Virus record (IMG/VR): IMGVR_UViG_3300015371_000003 | Span: 1 to 64,000 of that record | Strand: one strand, 5' to 3' | Length of the DNA stretch: 64,000 bases | DNA from: a virus | Shown here: piece after piece, positions 1 to 8,631 of the stretch | How positions within the stretch are numbered: position 1 is the first letter of the stretch | How the letters are laid out: each line of letters begins with the position of its first letter | Notes under the pieces: model-generated | Seen by the model: the letters and a program-made list of their open reading frames with translations, nothing else | Told to the model about the DNA's origin: nothing | Databases searched by the model: none | Made by a program: the position numbers and the translations under genes

Positions 1-257
1 ATCAGGCGGAGGCGGTGACGCAGGCGCTTGCCAAGGCCAAGGGTGAACTGCACACCGAGTACGATACCGTCGCGCTCGAAAACATCTGCGCCGGGTATCT
101 CGGAGGCACCTCAGTCGTTCACAAGCCGTTCGATCTGGACGAAGTGATCCAGACGACGGGCTTCGAACCCCTCCTGAACCGGGTGGCGCAGTTGTTCCCG
201 GCGTACGACATCGAAGTCAAGCCTGCGGGTGGCGAAGAAGCGGCGTCCGAAGCCTGA
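1..257 (+). CDS. hypothetical protein, C-terminal part (5' end outside window)
   Basis: Frame is open from the window start; stop at 255-257 is followed by a hairpin. Confidence 0.6.
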   Translation, partial: QAEAVTQALAKAKGELHTEYDTVALENICAGYLGGTSVVHKPFDLDEVIQTTGFEPLLNRVAQLFPAYDIEVKPAGGEEAASEA

Positions 258-300
258 TGAACGGGGGCAGGGTGAACAGCCCTGCCCTTCATTTCGTTCA
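258..300 (+). terminator. probable intrinsic terminator hairpin
   Basis: GGGCAGGG-tgaacag-CCCTGCCC followed by ttcattt directly after a stop codon; the U-tract is weak. Confidence 0.5.
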
Positions 301-451
301 AGTCTGAGGGTGTTAGCCGGTGCCGATTAACCATCAGGGTGCTCCGGTGGGTTGTTGGGTAAGCCATCGGCTGACCCCTCAGCAATTTTGCACTTGATTG
401 CACCATGTCTTCTCGCTACACTGTGCCCATTCGTCATAGGAGAGTGTTGCC

Positions 452-634
452 ATGTCCGACACGCCGAACCCCCCGACTCCTCCCACGAATCCTCCGCCGA
501 CTCAGCCTCCGCCACCGAAGCCGAAACCCGGCACCGGCCAAGGCGTGCTCCCCGGACAGATGATCGAGAAAGAAGTCCCCGGCATGACCGGTGGGACTTC
601 GGGCAACACCTCCACCGAGGAACACAAACCGTAA
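452..634 (+). CDS. small Pro-rich disordered protein
   Basis: AGGAG upstream; MSDTPNPPTPPTNPPPTQPPPPKPKP. Confidence 0.55.
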   Translation: MSDTPNPPTPPTNPPPTQPPPPKPKPGTGQGVLPGQMIEKEVPGMTGGTSGNTSTEEHKP

Positions 635-661
635 TCTTCGCGGCGGCAGCGGGAGGCAGTC

Positions 662-1090
662 ATGGGGAAGAAGAAAAAACCCTCACGTCATCTCACAGAC
701 GAATTAGAGCAGGAGGCACGAGACAGCGCCCTCCCGAATCTCGTGAGAATGGAATCGGAGGAGCTATCCCGTCCGGATGATTATCGGTTTCTGGATTCCG
801 AAACGGCGGGAGCCGAACCCGTGGTGATGGTCCTCATCTTCCCCGATGTTCTCCGCTGTCAGTGCGAGTGGCCGGATCAAACGGTCAACACCTTCGGACC
901 CCGGCCCCTCATTCGCTGTGAACAAGCCCCTACGGTTGTGGCCTTCCAGAAGCAGGAACCGGGAGACACCACCCCGACAGGAGCCATCAGTCTCTGTGCC
1001 GATCATCAAATCCTGATCGAGCACATGTACCCCGGCCAGTGTTATTTCCGAGAAATTACGGCGGAGAAGAAAATCGGAGGCATCGTGTGA
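662..1090 (+). CDS. hypothetical protein with possible Cys/His metal ligands
   Basis: GGGAGG RBS; CQC...C...SLCADH. Confidence 0.6.
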   Translation: MGKKKKPSRHLTDELEQEARDSALPNLVRMESEELSRPDDYRFLDSETAGAEPVVMVLIFPDVLRCQCEWPDQTVNTFGPRPLIRCEQAPTVVAFQKQEPGDTTPTGAISLCADHQILIEHMYPGQCYFREITAEKKIGGIV

Positions 1091-1092
1091 CT

Positions 1093-1332
1093 ATGGCGGC
1101 GATGAAATTCGCGGAGAGCGGCGGGCACGGCAGACTCCAAGGCAAGATCGTCCGATGGCTTCCCGATAAAGGTTTCGGCTTCGTCCAAGACCAAGCGGGC
1201 ATCCAGTACTTCTTCCATCGGTCGGCGGTGGACGGCAATCCGGATGATGTGAAGGTGGCGGCATCGGTCACGTTCACACCCGTCACGTCTCCAAAAGGTC
1301 CACGCGCCGAATCGGTCACATTAGGCGACTAA
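1093..1332 (+). CDS. cold-shock domain (CSD) nucleic-acid-binding protein
   Basis: GKIVRWLPDKGFGFV (RNP1) ... YFFHRSAV (RNP2) ... KGPRAESV. Confidence 0.9.
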   Translation: MAAMKFAESGGHGRLQGKIVRWLPDKGFGFVQDQAGIQYFFHRSAVDGNPDDVKVAASVTFTPVTSPKGPRAESVTLGD

Positions 1333-1425
1333 ATCGGCGGCGGCAGCAGGAGAGAGCATGGAGGCTGGTACATCTAACAGGGGAGTTGTGTCTCTATATC
1401 CCCCTGTGATAGACTCCCCGGCTCC

Positions 1426-1656
1426 ATGCCCACCTGTGAAGACTGCACCTATTGGAAGAAAGATTGGGGCATTTGGGCGCATAATCGTTGGACCCGTGCC
1501 CACACCGACAAAGGCTTTTGTGGCCTGCAACCTCTCAATCCACCCCTTCCCATGCGGGGCGGCAGTATTATCTGTCATCACTTCCAACAAAAAGGTACCA
1601 GTCCCATCGTCTTTTATTCCCCCGCTCGCACCAGACCCCCAGACCCACCGGGTTAA
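1426..1656 (+). CDS. small Cys-rich protein
   Basis: CEDCTYW...GFC...CHHF pattern typical of small phage Zn-binding proteins. Confidence 0.5.
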   Translation: MPTCEDCTYWKKDWGIWAHNRWTRAHTDKGFCGLQPLNPPLPMRGGSIICHHFQQKGTSPIVFYSPARTRPPDPPG

Positions 1657-1735
1657 CACACGAACACGTGCGGCTAACACGACCTCCACAAGAGGGGCCA
1701 TAAGAAAGTTTATGGTCGTTTATGGACACTGCCCC

Positions 1736-1924
1736 ATGCCCCAAGAACCCAGACTCACCAAACTCATTGACTCGTTACGTCTCGGAGAAGCCTCCCCACA
1801 GGACCAACATGAGGCCGCAGCCCGCTTAGAAACCATGCAATCCAGACTCAACCGCTTCGAAGCCCTCCTCCAGATGGCGGCGACGAAGTTGGGGGAGTCG
1901 GTTGAATCGATCATCTCTCAATGA
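1736..1924 (+). CDS. hypothetical helical protein
   Basis: ATG at 1736; stop overlaps the next start (ATGA). Confidence 0.5.
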   Translation: MPQEPRLTKLIDSLRLGEASPQDQHEAAARLETMQSRLNRFEALLQMAATKLGESVESIISQ

Positions 1925-2496
1925 AGCGGGCCACGCGGGATCGCTTCGTCATTGCCACGCAGAAGGACATCAATGCAGGCAACGCCTGTCTTGAAACGCC
2001 TCCTCAGGTGTTTCACAAGCTGGAAGATGACTTCGGCCCCTTCGAGATTGATTTGACGGCCAATGCTCAGAACCATCTCTGTCTCGTGTGGTTTGGTCCC
2101 GGCGGGATTGCGGAAGATGCGCTGACCGCATCGTGGCATGTGTGTGGAGCCACCGGCTATTCGAATCCTCCGTATGGGCCATTCGTTTCCAAGATTCTCA
2201 AGAAGGCCAAGCAGGAAGCGGCGATGGGCTTCACGAGCACGCTGCTCCTTCCAGTGAGGATGAAACGCGCCATCCACCAGCACGTGCTCCAAGGTGCCTC
2301 AGAACTGTGGTTTTGCGACAAGCGGATCGCGTTTTGGGAGGGTGGGGCACCGAAATTGGATCCCAAAACCCAAAAGCCCACCGGGGCACTGTTCGACAGT
2401 ATGATCGTCAGATACCTTCCCGGTATGCACTTTTCGGCCCCCAGAGCACGAAGTTGGAAAGTGCCGCCGCATAACGGCCCGATGGGATGGGGGTAG
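1921..2496 (+). CDS. phage DNA N6-adenine methyltransferase (Dam-like family)
   Basis: TPPQVF..L...FGPFEIDLTA and catalytic SNPPY motif IV; RIAF downstream. Confidence 0.85.
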   Translation: MKRATRDRFVIATQKDINAGNACLETPPQVFHKLEDDFGPFEIDLTANAQNHLCLVWFGPGGIAEDALTASWHVCGATGYSNPPYGPFVSKILKKAKQEAAMGFTSTLLLPVRMKRAIHQHVLQGASELWFCDKRIAFWEGGAPKLDPKTQKPTGALFDSMIVRYLPGMHFSAPRARSWKVPPHNGPMGWG

Positions 2497-2825
2497 GTGT
2501 GGCTGTGGTTCCTATTCGCTGTCAAAAGTGCGGAGAGTATCATTTTCATCAGTATCCCTGCAAAGAAGCCGGGTATAGGGATGAAGATGGGATATTTATT
2601 CTTCGACTACCGGGAGAACCTTTCCAGTCAAGCATAAATCCTCCAGTTAAGCATAAAATGGAGGTTTCAGTTAAGCATCAGGATGGCGGTCGGCACGTGT
2701 TGACTCCTGATGAACGGCAACGAGGTGGGCAAACTGGTGGGAAAACACGCGCCATGCTCTTATCTAAGGCTGAGCGATCTGAGATAGCGAGGAAAGGGGC
2801 CGCAGCACGCTGGCATAAAAGCTAG
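2487..2825 (+). CDS. small basic protein ending in GG..GGK.RA..LS..ERSEIARKGAAARW
   Basis: Recurrent basic motif seen in small phage/mobile-element proteins; N-terminal CxxC. Confidence 0.5.
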   Translation: MGVGVAVVPIRCQKCGEYHFHQYPCKEAGYRDEDGIFILRLPGEPFQSSINPPVKHKMEVSVKHQDGGRHVLTPDERQRGGQTGGKTRAMLLSKAERSEIARKGAAARWHKS

Positions 2826-2881
2826 TGATAAAGAGTTGGTATCTATCCTGCACATCTCCCGCCCCGGAGGAGGTGGTGTGT

Positions 2882-3019
2882 ATGGGTGGAGAACAGAAAG
2901 TCGAACTGGTCAAGAAGAACGATCCGAGTCAGAAGAAACAAATCTCGCAGCAGGAATGGGAACAGCAGAAGCAGCAGCTTCAATCGCAAGGCTGGTCCCG
3001 CGCCGATGGTCAGCAGTAA
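2882..3019 (+). CDS. small Gln/Lys-rich peptide
   Basis: Strong GGAGGAGGT RBS before ATG 2882. Confidence 0.6.
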   Translation: MGGEQKVELVKKNDPSQKKQISQQEWEQQKQQLQSQGWSRADGQQ

Positions 3020-3087
3020 CTGACAGTCGGTGTCGTAGACACGAACACACCCGGTGAGAACCCACCTTGCCGGGTGTCCTTACGGTG

Positions 3088-3101
3088 TGCAATCGATTGC
3101 A
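3088..3101. repeat. 14-bp palindromic site, perfect copy of a family of at least 27
   Basis: TGCAATCGATTGCA; degenerate copies listed in findings. Confidence 0.85.
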
Positions 3102-3114
3102 CTGGAGGCGCAGA

Positions 3115-3258
3115 ATGCCCGGAGACAAAGGCGGCAAGCCGGAAGGGACCACGCCAAGTCCCAAACCCGAGTCGTTACCCAAGGAATTCGACAAGCCCAC
3201 GGACAAAGGGACTGGCCCCGGACCCATTCCCGGCGAACGGACCATCCCCCAGAAGTAG
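3115..3258 (+). CDS. small Pro/Lys-rich peptide
   Basis: GGAGG RBS before ATG 3115; follows the perfect palindrome at 3088. Confidence 0.55.
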   Translation: MPGDKGGKPEGTTPSPKPESLPKEFDKPTDKGTGPGPIPGERTIPQK

Positions 3259-3337
3259 CGGCGACGGGCGGGATGTGATCGTCATATCTCGCCCCCTTTG
3301 ATCTTGAGGTATACTGGCCGCTCAAGGGAGTGGGGTC

Positions 3338-3976
3338 ATGGCCTTCGAACGCTTCGTCTCTCTCGGTGAAGAACGCTTTGATAAAATCATCAATGCCCTG
3401 ACGCGGGGCACGCCTGCCCTTCGACTTGCGAGGGAAATTCAGCAGCAACCACCCGAAGGGTGGGGGTTGTTTCAGGACGTAGCCGAATCGTCGCTGATGG
3501 TGCAACTCTGCCGCCTCCGTACGGCGATTGCCGAAGGCGTCTTCAGCAAACGCATCGCAAAGCAGTTGGCCGCAGGGACCAATACCCCCAAGTTGGGGAC
3601 GCTGCAACGAGTGTCCGTCCAAGTCTTGAGTCGTATGGAGGATCTGGCGGATCAGCACAAACAGCGCGTTGAGAATTTTCTGCTCAAAGAGAAAACCCAA
3701 CCCCTCCCATCCAGAACGATGACGGAAGCGATGACCGAATATCGGGAGACGTTGGAACGCATCCAGAAGATTCGGTTCGAACTAGGGTTGGACGAATACA
3801 AAGGCCCAACAGGGAGCAGCACCACCATCCGAGGCGCTTCGCAGACCACGATGTTTCCGGACGGCATGAGCGTACAGAAACAGGTGTTCGAAGCGGTACA
3901 GACCGTGGAGAAGATTCTGGATGCCCGGAAGATTCCTCGCCGCCCGGATCGTCTTGGCTTGAATCCGACCGAATAG
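3338..3976 (+). CDS. putative terminase small subunit
   Basis: Abuts TerL; helical/coiled-coil 212 aa. Positional inference only. Confidence 0.5.
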   Translation: MAFERFVSLGEERFDKIINALTRGTPALRLAREIQQQPPEGWGLFQDVAESSLMVQLCRLRTAIAEGVFSKRIAKQLAAGTNTPKLGTLQRVSVQVLSRMEDLADQHKQRVENFLLKEKTQPLPSRTMTEAMTEYRETLERIQKIRFELGLDEYKGPTGSSTTIRGASQTTMFPDGMSVQKQVFEAVQTVEKILDARKIPRRPDRLGLNPTE

Positions 3977-5977
3977 ATGCTCATTTTCAAGCGGGGGGAA
4001 TCGTGGGTCGAGCAGACCAATCAAGCCCATCTTGATTTGGTCAATGAGCGGGCGTACGCCTACCTCAAGGAATATCTGGGCTACCAAGAAGCCGAGAAGA
4101 TTTGGTTTCAAGGCCAAAGGATCCATGATCTGCACGAGCGGTCGATGTTTTATGCGAATGCCGTGCTGCATGTCGAGGAGCGGTTGCAAGGGCACGAGTC
4201 TACCGCGATCCAAGATTGGGGGCAGTATCGGTGGAAGCCTGTGGGGATCCGAGAATTCATTTGCAGTTCCCACTATCTCAATAAAGAACAGGAAATCTAT
4301 CCCGGCGTGCTGGAAGCGGCGGAAGAACTGAATAACGGCCAGTACGTCGAAGCCATCATGACCGGGGGTATCGGATCGGGGAAGACCACGCTGGCGCTCT
4401 ACACAAATGCTTACCAGTTGTATCTCCTTTCGTGTATGCGCTCCCCCCACAAGCAGTTTGGGCTGGACCCTAGTTCAGAAATCCTGCTGGTCTTCCAGAG
4501 CATGACGCTCCAACTCGCCAAAGGCGTTGATTATCAACGCTTCCGGAGCATGATTGAGGGAAGTGCGTACTTTCCGAAGTATTATCCTTTCGACAAGCAT
4601 CTCACGAGCAAGCTGGTGTTCCCGAACCGGGTAGAAGTCGTGCCTGTGGCCGGAACGGAAACTGCCGCAATTGGTCAGAACGTCATGGGCGGGTTGATCG
4701 ATGAGTTGAACTACATGGCCGTTGTCTCCAAGTCCAAAGTGGCGGTGGACAAGGGGACGTATGATCAAGCGGTTCTCCTCTACAATTCGATTGCCCGCCG
4801 CCGCAAAAGCCGGTTCATGGAGAACGGCAAACTCCCCGGCATTCTCTGTCTCGTGTCTTCGAAGAAGTATCCCGGCCAGTTTACCGATCAGAAGGTGCTG
4901 GAAGCCCAACGCGACAAAACCATCTTCGTCTACGACAAGCGGGTGTGGGATACCAAGCCCGATGACTTCGGGAACCAAGGCTGGTTCTCGGTCTTTGCGG
5001 GGGATCTGACCCGCAAGCCCCGCATTCTGGATGACGAGGAGGTGGTGCAGGATGATGACCGCTCCCTCGTGGTGGCCGTGCCGGAGGAGTTTCGACTCGA
5101 ATTTGAGAAGGATGTGATCAACGCCCTGCGAGAGATTGCGGGCGTCTCTACTCTTGCGAGACATCCCTTCTTCCTTGAAGTCAACAAGGTGCATCTGGCG
5201 TTCACGCCGAGGGAATCCATTTTCTCGCAACCGGTGGTGGATTTTGTCGATCAACGACTCACCCTCCTGAAGCGCAATTTTTGGAATCCGGAAATCCCCC
5301 GCTTCGCCCATTGTGACTTAGCCCTGACGGGCGATAGCGCAGGACTCGCCATCGGCACCGTGAGTGGCTTCAAGAGCGTATCGAGCGATCCGAAGCAGCC
5401 CGCGTATATGCCGAAGATTCACGTGGATGGGGTGCTCGAAATCCGGCCTCCCAAGAACTGTGAAATCCTCTTGGGGAAAATTCGAGAGGTCATCATTGTC
5501 CTGAAGCGCATGGGCCTGAACATCATCTGGGTGACGTTCGATCAGTTTCAATCCAGTGATAGTCAACAGATTTTGCGGCAGCAGGGGTTGATCACTGGTC
5601 ATCAAAGCATGGATGAAATCCCGAATCGCCCCTACGATTTTACCAAGACCGCTGTCTACGAAGGCCGCATGGACATTCCCATCGCTCCCAAATTGCAGAT
5701 GGAAATGTTGATGCTGGAGAAGGATGTAAAGACAGGCCGAGTCGATCATCCTCCCGGTGCGAGCAAGGACTTATCAGACGCCTTAGCGGGGATTACGTTT
5801 GGCTTGACGATGCGGCGGGAGCTATGGGGACTCTACAGAATCCCGGTTCTCATGATTCCGCAGTCTGTCTATGCCTCTGCCGATAAGTTGAAGAAGCCGG
5901 AGTCTCAACCCACCTACCAGAGCGAAGCGGAGTTGAGTCTGGTGATGCAGGACGGCGCACGCGAAACGCCGCTCTAA
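3977..5977 (+). CDS. terL: terminase large subunit
   Basis: Walker A GGIGSGKT, Walker B GLIDELN, RNase H-like AHCDLA, C-terminal VDHPPGASKDLSDA. Confidence 0.92.
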   Translation: MLIFKRGESWVEQTNQAHLDLVNERAYAYLKEYLGYQEAEKIWFQGQRIHDLHERSMFYANAVLHVEERLQGHESTAIQDWGQYRWKPVGIREFICSSHYLNKEQEIYPGVLEAAEELNNGQYVEAIMTGGIGSGKTTLALYTNAYQLYLLSCMRSPHKQFGLDPSSEILLVFQSMTLQLAKGVDYQRFRSMIEGSAYFPKYYPFDKHLTSKLVFPNRVEVVPVAGTETAAIGQNVMGGLIDELNYMAVVSKSKVAVDKGTYDQAVLLYNSIARRRKSRFMENGKLPGILCLVSSKKYPGQFTDQKVLEAQRDKTIFVYDKRVWDTKPDDFGNQGWFSVFAGDLTRKPRILDDEEVVQDDDRSLVVAVPEEFRLEFEKDVINALREIAGVSTLARHPFFLEVNKVHLAFTPRESIFSQPVVDFVDQRLTLLKRNFWNPEIPRFAHCDLALTGDSAGLAIGTVSGFKSVSSDPKQPAYMPKIHVDGVLEIRPPKNCEILLGKIREVIIVLKRMGLNIIWVTFDQFQSSDSQQILRQQGLITGHQSMDEIPNRPYDFTKTAVYEGRMDIPIAPKLQMEMLMLEKDVKTGRVDHPPGASKDLSDALAGITFGLTMRRELWGLYRIPVLMIPQSVYASADKLKKPESQPTYQSEAELSLVMQDGARETPL

Positions 5978-6016
5978 ACGCTGCCTTCTGCCGTTTCAGT
6001 GGCGGCAGGAGCGGGG

Positions 6017-6057
6017 GAGCCTGTCTGTGACCGGGGAAGCCGCAGACAGGCTCTTTT
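6017..6057 (+). terminator. intrinsic terminator
   Basis: GAGCCTGTCTG...CAGACAGGCTC-TTTT between convergent genes. Confidence 0.8.
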
Positions 6058-6058
6058 A

Positions 6059-6379
6059 TCAGGAACATTCCTCCGTTAAGGCGGGGCCGTAGCTGGCCGG
6101 TAGACCCTCCTGAGGCTCGGTACAGACCACCACGGCACGATTACAGGTATGGCAGAAGGCATTCCATCTCCCGGCGGGATCATTGGTGCGACGGTGCCAC
6201 GGCATCAGATCATGGCCGAGAGCACGGGCTTTTGCCGCCGCCGCCTTCTTCCGACCGGGTAGCTCCCTGAAGTCATCAATGGCGTAGTCCTGCACGATAC
6301 GACGGGGCTTGTCCACCTTCAGGAGAATGGACTTGCGCGGGATGCGCCGTTTGACGGGCGCTTTCGAAAACTTGAGCAT
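6059..6379 (-). CDS. hypothetical basic protein with H...CxxC...C
   Basis: GGAGGA upstream and its own divergent promoter (TTGACA-17-TACAAT, ~6432-6460 on the minus strand). Confidence 0.7.
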   Translation of the reverse strand: MLKFSKAPVKRRIPRKSILLKVDKPRRIVQDYAIDDFRELPGRKKAAAAKARALGHDLMPWHRRTNDPAGRWNAFCHTCNRAVVVCTEPQEGLPASYGPALTEECS

Positions 6380-6431
6380 ACGGAAAGGTTTCCTCCTAGA
6401 AACCACGCGAATGAACGTCGATGCTCCAATG

Positions 6432-6502
6432 ATTGTATCACAACGCAAAACATTTGTCAAATCCCTTGGCATTTGACAAACCCTCTAGAGTTGTGCTACA
6501 CT
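6432..6502. promoter_or_regulatory. divergent pair of sigma70-type promoters
   Basis: Minus strand TTGACA-17-TACAAT; plus strand TTGACA(6473)-18-TACACT. Confidence 0.75.
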
Positions 6503-6507
6503 TTCTT

Positions 6508-6840
6508 ATGGCCCGCATTATTAAGGGTGTGAACAGGTGGGGTAAGCCACACACGTGCAAGTGGGGTAATCCAGAAGGTGGGCCTCGTTTTTATCAGTAT
6601 GGTTTGAAACGGTCTGAGTTTGAGGCGTTGCTCAAAAAGCAAGAAAACAGGTGTGCTATTTGTCGGTGCGAGTTTGATTCGAGTGTGTCTCGGGCACGAC
6701 CGCATGTGGATCATGACCATTCAACCAAACAGGTGCGCGGACTGCTTTGTCACAGATGTAATGTAGGACTAGGGTTTTTTGGGGACAGCGTTGAGTTTTT
6801 GAAGAAGGCCGCTGAATATTTGCAATCAAGTGCCATTTGA
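6508..6840 (+). CDS. endonuclease VII-like nuclease
   Basis: YGL...LL..Q..RCAIC...HVDHDH....VRGLLCHRCNVGLG. Confidence 0.9.
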   Translation: MARIIKGVNRWGKPHTCKWGNPEGGPRFYQYGLKRSEFEALLKKQENRCAICRCEFDSSVSRARPHVDHDHSTKQVRGLLCHRCNVGLGFFGDSVEFLKKAAEYLQSSAI

Positions 6841-6865
6841 CAAACGCGGTGGGTGGTGCTATACT
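6837..6865 (+). promoter_or_regulatory. sigma70-type promoter, representative of ~20 copies
   Basis: TTGACA-17-TATACT. Other -35 boxes at 7458, 9776, 10632, 11399, 12825, 13090, 14264, 21472, 25895, 26077, 27812, 40189, 40265, 42900, 43491, 45403, 50636, 62315. Confidence 0.85.
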
Positions 6866-6893
6866 GTATGAAGCTCAGGGAGGAGCACAACGA

Positions 6894-7145
6894 ATGGCTG
6901 TCAGGTTCCCCGTCAAGTTCGACAAGAAGACCCGTAACGCGGTGGCGAAGGCCAGCGACGGTGGTCCATCGCTTGGCACGTGGCTGAGCCGCATCGAAGC
7001 GATTCAGAACCCGGTGCTCGGGCAGGCCATTGATGGCATCTGGTGTGGCCGGTCGGGAGAAGCCCGTCTGGATCTGCCGGAGAGCAATTCACTGCTGTGC
7101 GTCGGGTGGTATCACGGGCGTGTGGAGTGGTCCTACATTTCCTGA
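6894..7145 (+). CDS. hypothetical protein
   Basis: Promoter plus GGAGG RBS in a hairpin. Confidence 0.7.
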   Translation: MAVRFPVKFDKKTRNAVAKASDGGPSLGTWLSRIEAIQNPVLGQAIDGIWCGRSGEARLDLPESNSLLCVGWYHGRVEWSYIS

Positions 7146-7156
7146 AGGGAGTGACG

Positions 7157-7327
7157 ATGGAACGGCTGGATGTCGAACACTATCTGGTGGAATTCTGGGA
7201 TGAGGATCGGTGGGCACTTGACACGAGCACGGGGAATCTGGAGGAAGCCCGTGCCGCGTATAAGAAGTTGCGGGCGCTCAAGCGACGGGCGCGTCTGACG
7301 AAGGTGCTGGAAATGGGGTGGGAGTGA
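7157..7327 (+). CDS. hypothetical protein
   Basis: GGGAG RBS. Confidence 0.55.
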   Translation: MERLDVEHYLVEFWDEDRWALDTSTGNLEEARAAYKKLRALKRRARLTKVLEMGWE

Positions 7328-7494
7328 TGATGAAGATCCTCTGCCCCGAGTGCCATCAGCACATCTGTCCGAGTGTGATCATTTCCCACTTGTACTGGAA
7401 ACATCGGTGGACCCGGACCAAGGCGAAACTGTTCAAATGGCGGATGCTGGTAGGCGATTGACAGGGGGCAGGCGGTCCATTACACTGCGAGGTC

Positions 7495-8625
7495 ATGGCC
7501 CTCCTGTTCATGGATTCGTTCGATCACTACGCCACCGCTGATATCCTCTCCAAGTGGTCAGGATTGAGTACGGGGGGCGGGGCGTCGGCGGGGACGATAG
7601 CCTCAGGCGGGCGGCACAGTTCGAACGCGCTCTCTCTCCAATCCGGGAATAATTCCGCCCAAGCAGGAGCGTACTACTACACTCAACTTCCGGTGAGTGG
7701 GACCACCATGATTTGTGGCGTGGCGGTCAATCCGGGGGACTTCAGTGGGTTCACCACCGGTTCCAATCCCGAAAGCGGATCGTTCGATGCGTTCAGCCGC
7801 AATAGCTGCACGATTGCGGTGGCGATTCGGCAGGCGGGGCAGACGCAAGCCTTCCTTCGACTCAATTCAGACGGCACCGTGAGTGCCTTTGTCGGGAATG
7901 CCACCTTCGGGGAGAACGGGGTGTTGCTCGGCACGTCGTCCGCGACGTTGACGGCGAATGCGTTTAATTTCCTCGAAGTGAAGATTACCGTCCACAACAC
8001 GGCGGGCGTGTTCATTGTTCGTTTGAATGGGAATCCGACGCCCATCATCAACCTCTCAGGAGTGGATACCCAAGCGACGGGCACAGCCGCATGGGATAGT
8101 TTCCGGCTCGGGCGCACCTCGACTAATGCGTCGGTGAATCGCGTGTGTCTCTACGACGATCTGTATGTGCTGGATGGCTCCGGCTCAGGACCGTGGAATG
8201 ATTTCTTGGGAGATTGCCGCGTTGATACTCGTGTGCCGACAGGTGCAGGGGCTACGACGCAGTGGACGCCTTCCGGTGGAGCGAATTACGCCGCCGTGGA
8301 TGAAATTCCCCCCAACGGAGACACCGATTACGTGTCCGCGTTGACGGCTCCGGCCACGGATACCTACGTGGTGCAAGACGCCGCAGTTCCGGCCATCATC
8401 TATGGCGTGCAACAGTGTCTCAATGCGAAAAAGACGGATGCGGGCGCGTGTTCACTGGCTCCGGTGGTGCGAGTGGGAGGGGTGGATTACGTGGGGGCGG
8501 ATTTCTTTCCGGCCACGGGGTACGGGTACGGGTATCAAATTCTGGCTCAGAATCCCGCCACCGCTGCTCAATGGGTGTTAAGTGAATTCAACGCCGCAGA
8601 GTTTGGCGTGAAGCGCACGCTGTAA
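7495..8625 (+). CDS. putative virion beta-rich (minor tail/adhesion) protein, paralog 1
   Basis: MALLFMDSFDHY N-terminus, G/S/T-rich, WTPS.G.NYAAVDE..P..DTDYV; paralog of the next ORF. Confidence 0.6.
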   Translation: MALLFMDSFDHYATADILSKWSGLSTGGGASAGTIASGGRHSSNALSLQSGNNSAQAGAYYYTQLPVSGTTMICGVAVNPGDFSGFTTGSNPESGSFDAFSRNSCTIAVAIRQAGQTQAFLRLNSDGTVSAFVGNATFGENGVLLGTSSATLTANAFNFLEVKITVHNTAGVFIVRLNGNPTPIINLSGVDTQATGTAAWDSFRLGRTSTNASVNRVCLYDDLYVLDGSGSGPWNDFLGDCRVDTRVPTGAGATTQWTPSGGANYAAVDEIPPNGDTDYVSALTAPATDTYVVQDAAVPAIIYGVQQCLNAKKTDAGACSLAPVVRVGGVDYVGADFFPATGYGYGYQILAQNPATAAQWVLSEFNAAEFGVKRTL

Positions 8626-8631
8626 GGACAC

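Noticed and set aside
2155-2175. TTCGAATCC resembling a tRNA T-loop (also near 17228)
   Set aside because: Lies inside coding sequence with no cloverleaf.
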